Shown here piece by piece: positions 47,157-55,509 of a stretch of 64,000 nt of DNA. The notes under the pieces were generated by a model that saw nothing but the letters and a program-made list of their open reading frames with translations, had not been told where the DNA came from and searched no databases. Numbering within the stretch: the first letter of the stretch is position 1; every line of letters starts with the position of its first letter. Position numbers and translations under genes: made by a program. The DNA is from a virus: IMG/VR virus record IMGVR_UViG_3300050343_000182. The stretch is one strand, 5' to 3'.

Positions 47157-49474
47157 GCAACACAGTTGTCAAACGCAACGGACAGGTGGAAGAGATCCAC
47201 CTAAGTAAAATCCATGAAATGGTAGAGCACGCTTGCAGAGGACTTGCTGGTGTGTCAGAGTCGGCAATCGAAATGAATGCTAACCTGCAACTATTTGATG
47301 GCATCAAAACCAGTGACATCCAAGAGATTCTTGTGCGCTCTGCTAATGATTTGATTACATTAGATGCACCAAACTATCAGTTTGTAGCAGCACGTCTGCT
47401 TCTGTTTGGTCTTCGCAAGCAAGTATATAATGGACACCCAGACTTGCGTCCTCATATTCAGGAGCATGTATGGGACTGCGTTCATCGTGGTGTCTATGAT
47501 AAAAGTATCCTTACAACATATAGTGATGATGAGTGGGATCAGATTGAATCATTCATTGACCACGACCGTGACTATTTGTTTACATATGCTGGTCTAAGGC
47601 AGGTCGTTGATAAATATCTCGTGCAGGATCGATCGTCTGGGGAGGTGTATGAGACACCCCAGCAGATGTACATCATGATTGCAGCAACTCTCTTCCAAAC
47701 CTATCCACAAGAGACAAGACTCGATTATGTCAGACGATACTACAACGCGATCTCAAAGCACAGGATCAACATCCCAACCCCCATCATGGCAGGGGTCAGG
47801 ACCCCTCTACGACAATTTGCTAGCTGTGTTCTTGTTGATGCTGATGACACCCTCGATAGCATTTTTAGCAGTGACATGGCTATTGGTTACTACGTTGCTC
47901 AAAGGGCGGGGATTGGCATCAACGCAGGCAGAATCCGTGGCATCAACGCTAAAATCAGAGGGGGAGAAGTTCAACACACAGGTGTTATCCCTTTCCTCAA
48001 GAAGTTTGAGAGCACTGTCAGATGCTGTACTCAAAATGGCGTCCGAGGTGGAAGCGCAACTGTCCACTTCCCCATCTGGCACAGAGAGATCGAAGACATC
48101 ATCGTCCTCAAAAACAACAAAGGCACAGAAGACAACCGAGTAAGGAAACTTGACTATTCTATCCAAATTAGTAAACTATTTTATGAAAGATTCATCGGAA
48201 ACGGAGAGATGGCGCTTTTCAGTCCTCATGATGTCCCTGGGTTGTATGACGCTTACGGGACTGATGAGTTTGACGCTATGTATCTTGGTTACGAAGGGGA
48301 TCAGTCGGTCCCTAGACTCACCATCTCTGCCCAGCAACTCTTCCTTGATCTACTAAAGGAGCGAGCAGAGACAGGTCGTATTTACATCATGAATATCGAC
48401 CACTGTAATACTCACTCCTCCTTCAAGGACAAGGTGAATATGAGTAACCTCTGTCAGGAGATCACTCTACCTACTGATCCTATCAATCACATTGATGATC
48501 GTGGTGGTGAGATTGCTCTGTGTATTCTCTCTGCTATCAACGTGGGTAAACTGAAGTCCCTAGATGAGATGGAAGACCTCTGTGACCTCTCTGTGAGGGG
48601 TCTGGAGGAGTTGATTGACTACCAGGAGTATCCAGTCGCTGCTGCTGAGCGTAGCACGTTGGCACGTCGCTCTCTGGGTATTGGATACATCGGACTAGCA
48701 CACTACCTTGCTAAGAACGGTGAGCATTACGATGACAAAGGTGCATTGAGACTCGTCCATGAGTTGACTGAAGCATTCCAATACTACCTGCTGAGAGCAT
48801 CTAATAGACTCGCTCAAGAGCGTGGTCCATGCGAAGCATTCCACCGCACCAAGTACTCTGATGGACTTCTACCATTAGATACATATAAGAAGGATGTCGA
48901 TGACTTAGTAGCACCAGAATACAACTATGATTGGGATTCTCTTAGGCAATCTATCGATGAATACGGACTCAGGCACAGCACTCTGTCCGCACAAATGCCA
49001 TCGGAAAGCAGTTCCGTTGTGTCAAACGCAACAAATGGAATTGAGCCACCTAGAGACTACTTGTCCATTAAAAAGTCCAAGAAGGGACCTCTTAAGCAGA
49101 TTGTTCCTCAATTCAATACACTGAAGAATAACTATACTCTCCTATGGGAAATGCAATCCAACAAAGGATACGTTGAGATTGTTGCAGTCATGCAGAAATT
49201 CTTTGACCAAGCCATCTCAGGCAACTGGTCTTATAACCCAGAGAAATTTGAAAATAATGAAGTGCCTGTATCCGTTATGGCACAAGACCTACTAATGACC
49301 TACAAGTATGGTTGGAAAACTTCTTACTATCAAAATACATACGATGCCAAAAAAGATGTAGACGAGCCTGCTCATTCAATTGGATGGGTTGATGAGACTG
49401 CTTCCAAACTAGACAATCTCTTAGCGGAGATTGATGCAGGCGATGAGTCTGAATGCGATGCCTGCAATGTCTAA
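47153..49474 (+). CDS. nrdA: Ribonucleotide reductase class Ia alpha subunit
   Basis: ATP-cone VVKRNG, PTPIMAGVRT, FASC, SNLCQEI, QMPSESSS. Confidence 0.98.
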   Translation: MSNTVVKRNGQVEEIHLSKIHEMVEHACRGLAGVSESAIEMNANLQLFDGIKTSDIQEILVRSANDLITLDAPNYQFVAARLLLFGLRKQVYNGHPDLRPHIQEHVWDCVHRGVYDKSILTTYSDDEWDQIESFIDHDRDYLFTYAGLRQVVDKYLVQDRSSGEVYETPQQMYIMIAATLFQTYPQETRLDYVRRYYNAISKHRINIPTPIMAGVRTPLRQFASCVLVDADDTLDSIFSSDMAIGYYVAQRAGIGINAGRIRGINAKIRGGEVQHTGVIPFLKKFESTVRCCTQNGVRGGSATVHFPIWHREIEDIIVLKNNKGTEDNRVRKLDYSIQISKLFYERFIGNGEMALFSPHDVPGLYDAYGTDEFDAMYLGYEGDQSVPRLTISAQQLFLDLLKERAETGRIYIMNIDHCNTHSSFKDKVNMSNLCQEITLPTDPINHIDDRGGEIALCILSAINVGKLKSLDEMEDLCDLSVRGLEELIDYQEYPVAAAERSTLARRSLGIGYIGLAHYLAKNGEHYDDKGALRLVHELTEAFQYYLLRASNRLAQERGPCEAFHRTKYSDGLLPLDTYKKDVDDLVAPEYNYDWDSLRQSIDEYGLRHSTLSAQMPSESSSVVSNATNGIEPPRDYLSIKKSKKGPLKQIVPQFNTLKNNYTLLWEMQSNKGYVEIVAVMQKFFDQAISGNWSYNPEKFENNEVPVSVMAQDLLMTYKYGWKTSYYQNTYDAKKDVDEPAHSIGWVDETASKLDNLLAEIDAGDESECDACNV

Positions 49475-49634
49475 GGACATTACTATCACACTCAGCAAGG
49501 ACTTACAAGAAGAATTTGAGTCCTATCTTGACTGCTGTGACTCCCTGGACTTTGCTCCAAGGATCAATGCATTCCTAAATTATATTCACAACTACGGTAC
49601 ATGCAAGAATCCAAGGGAGCCAAAATGGGACTGA
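49467..49634 (+). CDS. Small hypothetical protein
   Basis: MSKDITITLSKDLQEEFESYLDCCDSLDFAPRINAFLNY; overlaps nrdA and nrdB. Confidence 0.6.
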   Translation: MSKDITITLSKDLQEEFESYLDCCDSLDFAPRINAFLNYIHNYGTCKNPREPKWD

Positions 49635-50761
49635 CTGTTTTCAACGACAAGAAAGTAGACACCAAAAAACAACCAATGTTTTTCGGAGCTCCCTTGGGGA
49701 TGCAACGATACGATGAATATAAGTATCCTGACTTCGACAAACTAACACAGACACAACTCGGTTACTTCTGGAGACCTGAAGAGGTATCTCTACAGAAGGA
49801 CCGTGCCGATTACAAGACACTGAATGAGCAACAAAAACATATCTACACCAGCAACCTCAAGTATCAGATCCTTCTGGACTCTGTGCAAGGGCGTGGTCCT
49901 GGCATGGCATTCTCACCTTACTGTAGTCTTCCAGAGTTGGAAGGATGCATGGGAGTCTGGGAATTCATGGAGCAGATTCACTCTCGCTCCTATACCCATA
50001 TCATCAAGAACGTATACGCAGACCCATCAGAAGTCTTCGATGCAGTATTAGATAATGAGAAGATCCTTGACCGTGCTACAGCAGTATGCAAAGCATACAA
50101 TGACTTCATTGAGGTAGCAACTGAGTGGTCACTCAGTAACATGTGGAAGGAAGGTTGGAAAGACTCTCCTACTTCACAGTGGACTATCAGAGATGTCAAG
50201 CGTAAACTCTATCTGGCGATTGCTAATGTCAATATCCTTGAAGGAATTCGGTTTTATGTTTCTTTTGCTTGCAGCTTTGCTTTTGGTGAACTTAAACTCA
50301 TGGAAGGTTCTGCAAAAATTATCTCCCTTATTGCCAGGGACGAGTCACAGCACCTCGCATTGACCCAGAAGATCCTCTACAAGTGGAAGAAGGGTGACGA
50401 TCCTGAGATGCAGCAGATCATTCAGGAAGAGGAAGAGACAGTGCGTCAGATGTTCCTTGACGCAGTTGCCCAAGAGAAAGAGTGGGCAAAATATTTGTTT
50501 GAGAATGGTAGTATGATCGGTCTTAACGAGCGTCTGCTTTCTCAATACGTGGAATGGATTGCTAATCGTCGTATGAAAGCAATCGGACTAGCACCCGCCT
50601 TCGATATCCCTGCTAAAAACAATCCTCTGCCTTGGACAGAGCACTGGCTAAATAGCAAGGGTCAACAAAATGCCCCTCAGGAAACTGAGATTGAATCCTA
50701 TGTCGTTGGGGGAATCAAGCAGGATGTTAGTGCGGAAACTTTTAGCGGGTTTAAGCTATAA
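49625..50761 (+). CDS. nrdB: Ribonucleotide reductase class Ia beta subunit
   Basis: FWRPEEVSL, LDSVQGR, EQIHSRSY, ARDESQH, APQETEIESY. Confidence 0.97.
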   Translation: MGLTVFNDKKVDTKKQPMFFGAPLGMQRYDEYKYPDFDKLTQTQLGYFWRPEEVSLQKDRADYKTLNEQQKHIYTSNLKYQILLDSVQGRGPGMAFSPYCSLPELEGCMGVWEFMEQIHSRSYTHIIKNVYADPSEVFDAVLDNEKILDRATAVCKAYNDFIEVATEWSLSNMWKEGWKDSPTSQWTIRDVKRKLYLAIANVNILEGIRFYVSFACSFAFGELKLMEGSAKIISLIARDESQHLALTQKILYKWKKGDDPEMQQIIQEEEETVRQMFLDAVAQEKEWAKYLFENGSMIGLNERLLSQYVEWIANRRMKAIGLAPAFDIPAKNNPLPWTEHWLNSKGQQNAPQETEIESYVVGGIKQDVSAETFSGFKL

Positions 50762-51017
50762 AATTACAACATGGATACGGATACCCAAGGTGTATCCAGA
50801 TACACATCACGATGCCGAGAAGAAATTGGAAGAGACAAGCGAGGTCCCTGTATACAAACGAGACACAATCGACTGGTATTCCGAAAACCCCGATACATGG
50901 TATCAGGGACCACTTATCCTTCTTGAAGAAACTCAAGAAGGACTTAAAGAATACCAAGCCCATTAGTAACACTCCCTACCATCGTCGCAAAAAGAAACGA
51001 AAGAAGTAGGGGGTTGC

Positions 51018-51024
51018 ATAAATA
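51018..51024 (+). promoter_or_regulatory. Late promoter ATAAATA upstream of the riboswitch-like leader
   Basis: Consensus match, followed by the hairpin tgtcatg-ctat-catgaca (51029-51046). Confidence 0.6.
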
Positions 51025-51049
51025 GTAATGTCATGCTATCATGACAACA

Positions 51050-51278
51050 CGTTCATCCCACTCTTGGGTGGGACGCAAGTAAGTCGCGCAACGGAGCGTT
51101 GATCCCATGTTTGAATTACTTCTGTATTCATCACTCACCTGCCAACAAGCTGATACAATCATGCTTAAAATGAAAGCAAATGAGGATCTCTCACATGCTT
51201 TTAAGGTAGAGTTGATAGAGACCGTAAAGGAATCTGTCCCTGAGTGTTATTGGGACGCACACGATTGAAGGAACGGGG
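51050..51278 (+). ncRNA. Tandem/nested Downstream-peptide (glutamine-II riboswitch-like) RNA elements
   Basis: cgttca-tcccac/gtggga-cgcaa...caacgg, then cgttga-tccca...tggga-cgcac...gaacgg; upstream of a YRG-motif peptide. Confidence 0.7.
51107..51268 (+). CDS. 53-aa peptide embedded in the second RNA element (not in ORF track)
   Basis: MFELLLYSSLTCQQADTIMLKMKANEDLSHAFKVELIETVKESVPECYWDAHD. Confidence 0.7.
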   Translation: MFELLLYSSLTCQQADTIMLKMKANEDLSHAFKVELIETVKESVPECYWDAHD

Positions 51279-51308
51279 ATTAAAAACCCTAACTTCGGAG
51301 ACGAACTC

Positions 51309-51476
51309 ATGAACACACTTAACCTCATTCGCAAGCAAATTCACAAGGCATCTGCCTTGCATAACGCACAGATTACTCACACCACATATCGCGGTGTAAA
51401 GTATGACACACGTTGTGTGGAAAGCAAAGAGTCTCACGGGACTTTCTGCTACCGTGGAAAGACCTACAGCAAGTGA
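51309..51476 (+). CDS. DUF4278-like YRG-repeat peptide (not in ORF track)
   Basis: MNTLNLIRKQIHKASALHNAQITHTTYRGVKYDTRCVESKESHGTFCYRGKTYSK; GGAG RBS. Confidence 0.8.
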   Translation: MNTLNLIRKQIHKASALHNAQITHTTYRGVKYDTRCVESKESHGTFCYRGKTYSK

Positions 51477-51483
51477 CCTAAGT

Positions 51484-51507
51484 AAGAGGGGGTAACCCCT
51501 CTTTTTT
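51484..51507 (+). terminator. Rho-independent terminator
   Basis: aagagggg-gtaa-cccctctt followed by tttt. Confidence 0.85.
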
Positions 51508-51520
51508 ATTATACTTTTAT

Positions 51521-51739
51521 ATGAAACTATTAACGTTAGATGATTACAAGAAAGCAGGAGATACTTTCTGGGAAAAGTATTGGTATGTTGCTAAAGAGTT
51601 AGGCGGTGATGCTAAGACCGAAGACATCCTCAAAGTAATGGAGTCTCTGGGTGCTGTTGCACTTAAGTTGAGACTAGAAGAAGATAAAGTTTCGCCGTTT
51701 GGATTCAAGAAGGAGACTGAAGAAGATGTCATTGAATAA
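51521..51739 (+). CDS. Hypothetical protein
   Basis: FWEKYWYVAKELG...KVSPFGF. Confidence 0.7.
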   Translation: MKLLTLDDYKKAGDTFWEKYWYVAKELGGDAKTEDILKVMESLGAVALKLRLEEDKVSPFGFKKETEEDVIE

Positions 51740-51896
51740 GATCGACACACAGGGCATGAGTCTCCCTGGCAAATCAAAGAAACCTAGTAGTTATGCACCT
51801 ATGCCTGTCAAGGTAAGGACAATCTTTACAGCAGAAGAACGTATTGAGTTGAAGCAAATTATTCATGAAGCACTTGATGAGAGGATACCTAAGTGA
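51726..51896 (+). CDS. Hypothetical protein
   Basis: MSLNKIDTQGMSLPG...ELKQIIHEALDE; overlaps both neighbours. Confidence 0.6.
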   Translation: MSLNKIDTQGMSLPGKSKKPSSYAPMPVKVRTIFTAEERIELKQIIHEALDERIPK

Positions 51897-52249
51897 AACC
51901 ACAGAGTGCGAAAGCAAAGGGTAGAAACTTCCAGAAGTGGGTGAGAGACATGCTCATTGAGCATAGGGATGTCCACCCTGAAGACATTGAGTCTCGCAGC
52001 ATGGGTGCTGGTGGAGAAGATCTCATCATGGCACGAGATGCTAGGAAGAAATTTCCTTTTAGTATCGAGTGTAAAAATGTAGAGAAGTTGAATGTGTATG
52101 ATGCTTACGATCAGGCATGTGCTAACTCTGGAAATTACGAACCCATCCTCTTCATGAAAAAGAATAGGAAGCAAGCACTCGTGGTAGTGGATGCCGAATG
52201 GTTTATCAAACACTTTGGGGTTGACAGTCAACCTATTGAGCATATATAA
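51893..52249 (+). CDS. Hjc-like PD-(D/E)xK endonuclease (putative resolvase)
   Basis: KAKGRNFQ...GGEDL...SIECKN. Confidence 0.75.
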   Translation: MKPQSAKAKGRNFQKWVRDMLIEHRDVHPEDIESRSMGAGGEDLIMARDARKKFPFSIECKNVEKLNVYDAYDQACANSGNYEPILFMKKNRKQALVVVDAEWFIKHFGVDSQPIEHI

Positions 52250-52279
52250 TTAGCAAGTTAAGGGAAGTGGAGACCTACC

Positions 52280-52432
52280 ATGGAAAATCAATTTCTTGAG
52301 GAGATTGATGAGATTAATTACACAATCGAATTTCTAGTAGACCAACTACATGAAGCCTTAGCAGCAGGAGATCTCCTACGAGGTGAAGTCCTTGCAGACA
52401 AGATCAAACAATACTCTGAAGCATCTAAATGA
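52280..52432 (+). CDS. 50-aa acidic protein (not in ORF track)
   Basis: MENQFLEEIDEINYTIEFLVDQLHEALAAGDLLRGEVLADKIKQYSEASK; TTGACA...TATAAT upstream at 52221-52250. Confidence 0.6.
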   Translation: MENQFLEEIDEINYTIEFLVDQLHEALAAGDLLRGEVLADKIKQYSEASK

Positions 52433-53019
52433 TTCATTCTTTATTCTCAATTCCGATTGCACACTATGAAATACAGAATTGGAAACAGAATAAAGAAAAG
52501 ATCATGAGTGCTCTGCCTATCTTTGGGCAAGAGCATTTAGATTCTAATGGTGAGCAATACACAGACTTCTTTCATCAGGCAGAATGGGAGTTGCCACCTT
52601 ACGCTGATACGGTAATTGATATTATCGAGCCATACATTGCTGAGTTTACTGAGCGTAGACGCACCGAGTTTACTGACATGTGGTGTCAAACATCATACAA
52701 AGGTCAGAAGCACGGTCTACACAATCATGGACACAGTGGATGGTCAGCAGTAATGTATGTGGACTTTGATCCACAACTCCATCAAGCCACGCAATTCATT
52801 TCACCTTTCAATAATCCTTGGAGCGGTAGGTTACAGTCCTTCGTCCCACCTGTTAAAGAAGGTGACATGGTTATTTTTCCAGCAACCATTGCACATGAGG
52901 CACTACCCAATGAGTCAGACAGACCACGCACCATCGTTTCGTTTAACCTACGAGGCAAAGTTGACAAGGTTAAGAGGACTATGTGGGAGGGTGACCCAAT
53001 CGTTCGTGTAAATGCTTAA
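52429..53019 (+). CDS. 2OG-Fe(II) oxygenase (TIGR02466-like)
   Basis: HGLHNHG...WSAVMY, IFPATIAHEA, RTIVSFN. Confidence 0.82.
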   Translation: MIHSLFSIPIAHYEIQNWKQNKEKIMSALPIFGQEHLDSNGEQYTDFFHQAEWELPPYADTVIDIIEPYIAEFTERRRTEFTDMWCQTSYKGQKHGLHNHGHSGWSAVMYVDFDPQLHQATQFISPFNNPWSGRLQSFVPPVKEGDMVIFPATIAHEALPNESDRPRTIVSFNLRGKVDKVKRTMWEGDPIVRVNA

Positions 53020-53093
53020 GGTCCAGTAGCTCAGTGGAATAGAGCAACTGCCTTCTAAGCAGTCGGTCGATGGTTCGAATCCATCCTGGATCG
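53020..53093 (+). tRNA. trnR-TCT: tRNA-Arg (anticodon TCT), no encoded CCA
   Basis: Acceptor GGTCCAG/CTGGATC, D-arm AGCTCAGTGGAATAGAGC, anticodon arm actgc-CTTCTAA-gcagt, T-loop GGTTCGAATCC. Confidence 0.95.
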
Positions 53094-53137
53094 TTGCACC
53101 CTAGGGTGCATGTTGGAAAACCGAATAGGAGTCAGTC

Positions 53138-53362
53138 ATGACTGTTAGAGATCGCTTTGCAGATTCTATGCAAATTCTGAAGGAGACTGTCAATGGTAAC
53201 ATTGCCCTTGACACAGAGTATCCTCCCCTCTTCTCAGCACTCTGTCGCTTTTACAGTGACAAGAGCGCACGTCACGTCCACTTTTGGGGACTGGATGTTG
53301 AGGAGGACTATACGATTCTCATTGATAACATGATTGCCGATGGCGTCCTGGAAATGACCTAA
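53138..53362 (+). CDS. Hypothetical protein
   Basis: AGGAG RBS; 74 aa. Confidence 0.7.
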   Translation: MTVRDRFADSMQILKETVNGNIALDTEYPPLFSALCRFYSDKSARHVHFWGLDVEEDYTILIDNMIADGVLEMT

Positions 53363-53385
53363 ACTTTACCCTGGTCGGGATACTT

Positions 53386-54009
53386 ATGCTTAAAGAAGAA
53401 ATCACAATTTATAAAGGTAACGTCTGCACCCCACTTAATGATGAGTGTAATGACTTCATCTGGGGTAATTTTATTGATGAATCCGTTGTGACGGGACTTG
53501 AAGATTTCTGGCATAATCAAAACGTCTTGAATTTTCATGAGGGTCAGGTCCTTAGACAAGGAGATGTGACGGTGGATAAGGAGTATAAAGACTCTCTCGA
53601 TCTACATGTCCCTTATCAACTGTCCTGTCCTCAGGTGCAAAACTATATGCACGCACTTCAAGACGTGCTCAATCAATACTTGGAGAGGTTTCCTTTCTGT
53701 GAGACCTCACGATTCCAAGTAAAGGAGCCACTGTCTATGCAGTGGTATCCTAAAGGTGGTGGATTCAAGCAGTGGCATACCGAAAGGTCTAATGCCCTGC
53801 CTGGATCCGTCTATCGACACCTAGTCTTCATGACTTACCTCAATGATGTCCCTGATGGTGGTACCGAATGGTATTATCAGCAGAAGTATGTCCCAGCGCA
53901 GCGTGGATACACTGTGATCTGGCCAGCAGATTGGACATTCCACCATCGTGGTAGAGTCTCTAACGATAGTGAGAAGATGATTATTACAGGTTGGTTTAAT
54001 TTTATCTAA
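53386..54009 (+). CDS. Prolyl-4-hydroxylase-like 2OG-Fe(II) oxygenase
   Basis: QWYPKGGGFKQWHTE, FMTYLNDVPDGGTEW, WPADWTFHHRG. Confidence 0.85.
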   Translation: MLKEEITIYKGNVCTPLNDECNDFIWGNFIDESVVTGLEDFWHNQNVLNFHEGQVLRQGDVTVDKEYKDSLDLHVPYQLSCPQVQNYMHALQDVLNQYLERFPFCETSRFQVKEPLSMQWYPKGGGFKQWHTERSNALPGSVYRHLVFMTYLNDVPDGGTEWYYQQKYVPAQRGYTVIWPADWTFHHRGRVSNDSEKMIITGWFNFI

Positions 54010-54017
54010 GGAGTTAC

Positions 54018-54188
54018 ATGGAGACACAGGACGACAAATGGAATAGGGGACTTGACATTTTCATAGAGAGTGTGCTAGAACCTGATCCCAAACTGAGAGC
54101 ATGTGCTCATTCCCAGAAATGTTACCACGAACTGTTGTGGATCCGTGAGGATGTGCTATCATATTTGAAGACACTCAGACGACCATGA
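54018..54188 (+). CDS. 56-aa hypothetical protein (not in ORF track)
   Basis: AAGGAG RBS; METQDDKWNRGLDIFIESVLEPDPKLRACAHSQKCYHELLWIREDVLSYLKTLRRP. Confidence 0.7.
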   Translation: METQDDKWNRGLDIFIESVLEPDPKLRACAHSQKCYHELLWIREDVLSYLKTLRRP

Positions 54189-54466
54189 ATGATCTTGATC
54201 CGCAGTCAGTCGCAACGACCAAGACTACTGTGATTCACGAGAGGTTTCCCTATCGCTATGTGCAGAAGGGTCACATTCAATTGAATGGCAAACCTGATTT
54301 TCGTTTGCAAAAAGCAAACGAGTATACAAAGAAGTATTCTGACATCTATCTCTTTGATAATGGTGATCAGATGCTTCTTGCTATTGAAGACTTTGAGTAT
54401 GCCAAATGGTTAGACCCTGCTGGTGTCCCTTGCTATACACGAGACAGTGTTAAAGCGTCTTCTTAA
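54185..54466 (+). CDS. Conserved hypothetical protein
   Basis: ERFPYRYVQKG...DGDQMLLAIEDFEYAKWLDP. Confidence 0.7.
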   Translation: MNDLDPQSVATTKTTVIHERFPYRYVQKGHIQLNGKPDFRLQKANEYTKKYSDIYLFDNGDQMLLAIEDFEYAKWLDPAGVPCYTRDSVKASS

Positions 54467-54677
54467 CGTCTGGAAGTATTCCCTAGGGTCATTCTCTGAT
54501 GACAAGACAGGACCCTATGATAATTACATTGCAGGTATTCGTACCTGCATTTTTGTATCCTATCTTGTCACCAATTGTTTTATCGTCAGCGGAGTTATCC
54601 GTCACTGGAATTATGAAAGCAGAATTGACAGCAGCAACAGAGGCACTCAAGAAAGCACTGCACAGTGCGATCGATGA
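54423..54677 (+). CDS. Small single-TM protein (start may be GTG 54447)
   Basis: WKYSLGSFSD...IRTCIFVSYLVTNCFIVSGVIRHW. Confidence 0.6.
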   Translation: MSLAIHETVLKRLLNVWKYSLGSFSDDKTGPYDNYIAGIRTCIFVSYLVTNCFIVSGVIRHWNYESRIDSSNRGTQESTAQCDR

Positions 54678-54930
54678 CCCTAACTTCAATCGCAGTCACC
54701 TGAGTGAGCTGTGGCGTCACTACAATGGTCTACAGACCATCACTGAGCAGTGTGCTGAGGACGTGCCACAGATCGAATTCCCTAGCAGTCCGATCTATCT
54801 CAACGATAACTATGACTTCCAGAACATTGAGAGCAGTGACACGATCTCCTTCAGTGGGGACACCTTTGCAGCACAACCAGTAGACCTCGGTGGGGTGATC
54901 GGTGGACAGGATGTCATCACATTTTCTTAA
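54613..54930 (+). CDS. Hypothetical protein
   Basis: Likely start MKAELTAATEALK; ends DVITFS. Confidence 0.6.
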   Translation: MKAELTAATEALKKALHSAIDDPNFNRSHLSELWRHYNGLQTITEQCAEDVPQIEFPSSPIYLNDNYDFQNIESSDTISFSGDTFAAQPVDLGGVIGGQDVITFS

Positions 54931-54936
54931 GGGGGC

Positions 54937-54981
54937 TTGACAAATATTGTAAAGTTATATATAGTTACAAGAAGTAACATA
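54937..54981 (+). promoter_or_regulatory. Sigma70 promoter of hli with HLR1-like direct repeats
   Basis: TTGACA-N17-TATAGT; GTTATATA-ta-GTTACAAG-aa-GTAACATA. Confidence 0.65.
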
Positions 54982-54990
54982 CCTTAACAA

Positions 54991-55209
54991 ATGACTGTTA
55001 CAATCGAAGACGGTGGTCGCACCAACATGTATGCCACCGAGCCCCAAATGTACATCGACCCTAAAGTGGAGAAAGCAATGCAATCAGAAGTATACGAGAC
55101 TCACAATGAGTCCGCAGAGAAACTCAACGGACGCCTAGCAATGCTTGGCATCGTCTCTGCCTTCCTGTCCTATGCCTTCACTGGCAAACTCTTCTTCGGA
55201 GTGTGGTGA
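54991..55209 (+). CDS. hli: High-light-inducible protein (long form)
   Basis: AEKLNGRLAMLG chlorophyll-binding helix; TGKLFFG. Confidence 0.93.
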   Translation: MTVTIEDGGRTNMYATEPQMYIDPKVEKAMQSEVYETHNESAEKLNGRLAMLGIVSAFLSYAFTGKLFFGVW

Positions 55210-55210
55210 A

Positions 55211-55318
55211 ATGACTCCTCAAGCAGAACGTTTTAATGGTTGGATGGCAATGATCGGAATCGTTGCCGCAATGGGCACCTACGCTGTCACAGGACAGATC
55301 ATCCCAGGTATTTGGTAA
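55211..55318 (+). CDS. hli: High-light-inducible protein (short form; not in ORF track)
   Basis: MTPQAERFNGWMAMIGIVAAMGTYAVTGQIIPGIW. Confidence 0.93.
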   Translation: MTPQAERFNGWMAMIGIVAAMGTYAVTGQIIPGIW

Positions 55319-55455
55319 TGAGTCTAGAGGTATTTCAGACGATCGTCTTCTGTTTTACTCCTTTCATTATCTTGCTACTACTAGCAGACACTGATGAGGA
55401 TGACGACGGAAGTGATGGGGGAATGATGATTCCTTCTTATGCTCCAACCTCTTGA
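55318..55455 (+). CDS. 45-aa single-TM peptide with acidic tail
   Basis: TAATG coupling; ...FIILLLLADTDEDDDGSDGGMMIP. Confidence 0.65.
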   Translation: MSLEVFQTIVFCFTPFIILLLLADTDEDDDGSDGGMMIPSYAPTS

Positions 55456-55479
55456 CAACCACGCTAAATACGCTATGAT
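55452..55479 (+). promoter_or_regulatory. Overlapping sigma70 and late promoters
   Basis: TTGACA-N16-TATGAT with TAAATA (55465-55470) in the spacer. Confidence 0.55.
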
Positions 55480-55509
55480 ACTCGGGTGCCTCTGGCACCC
55501 TTTTCTATT

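Noticed and set aside
50670-50966. Possible small gene after nrdB (WYSENPDTWYQGPL...)
   Set aside because: The 3' half looks protein-like, but all in-frame starts lie inside nrdB and there is no RBS; not supported well enough to list
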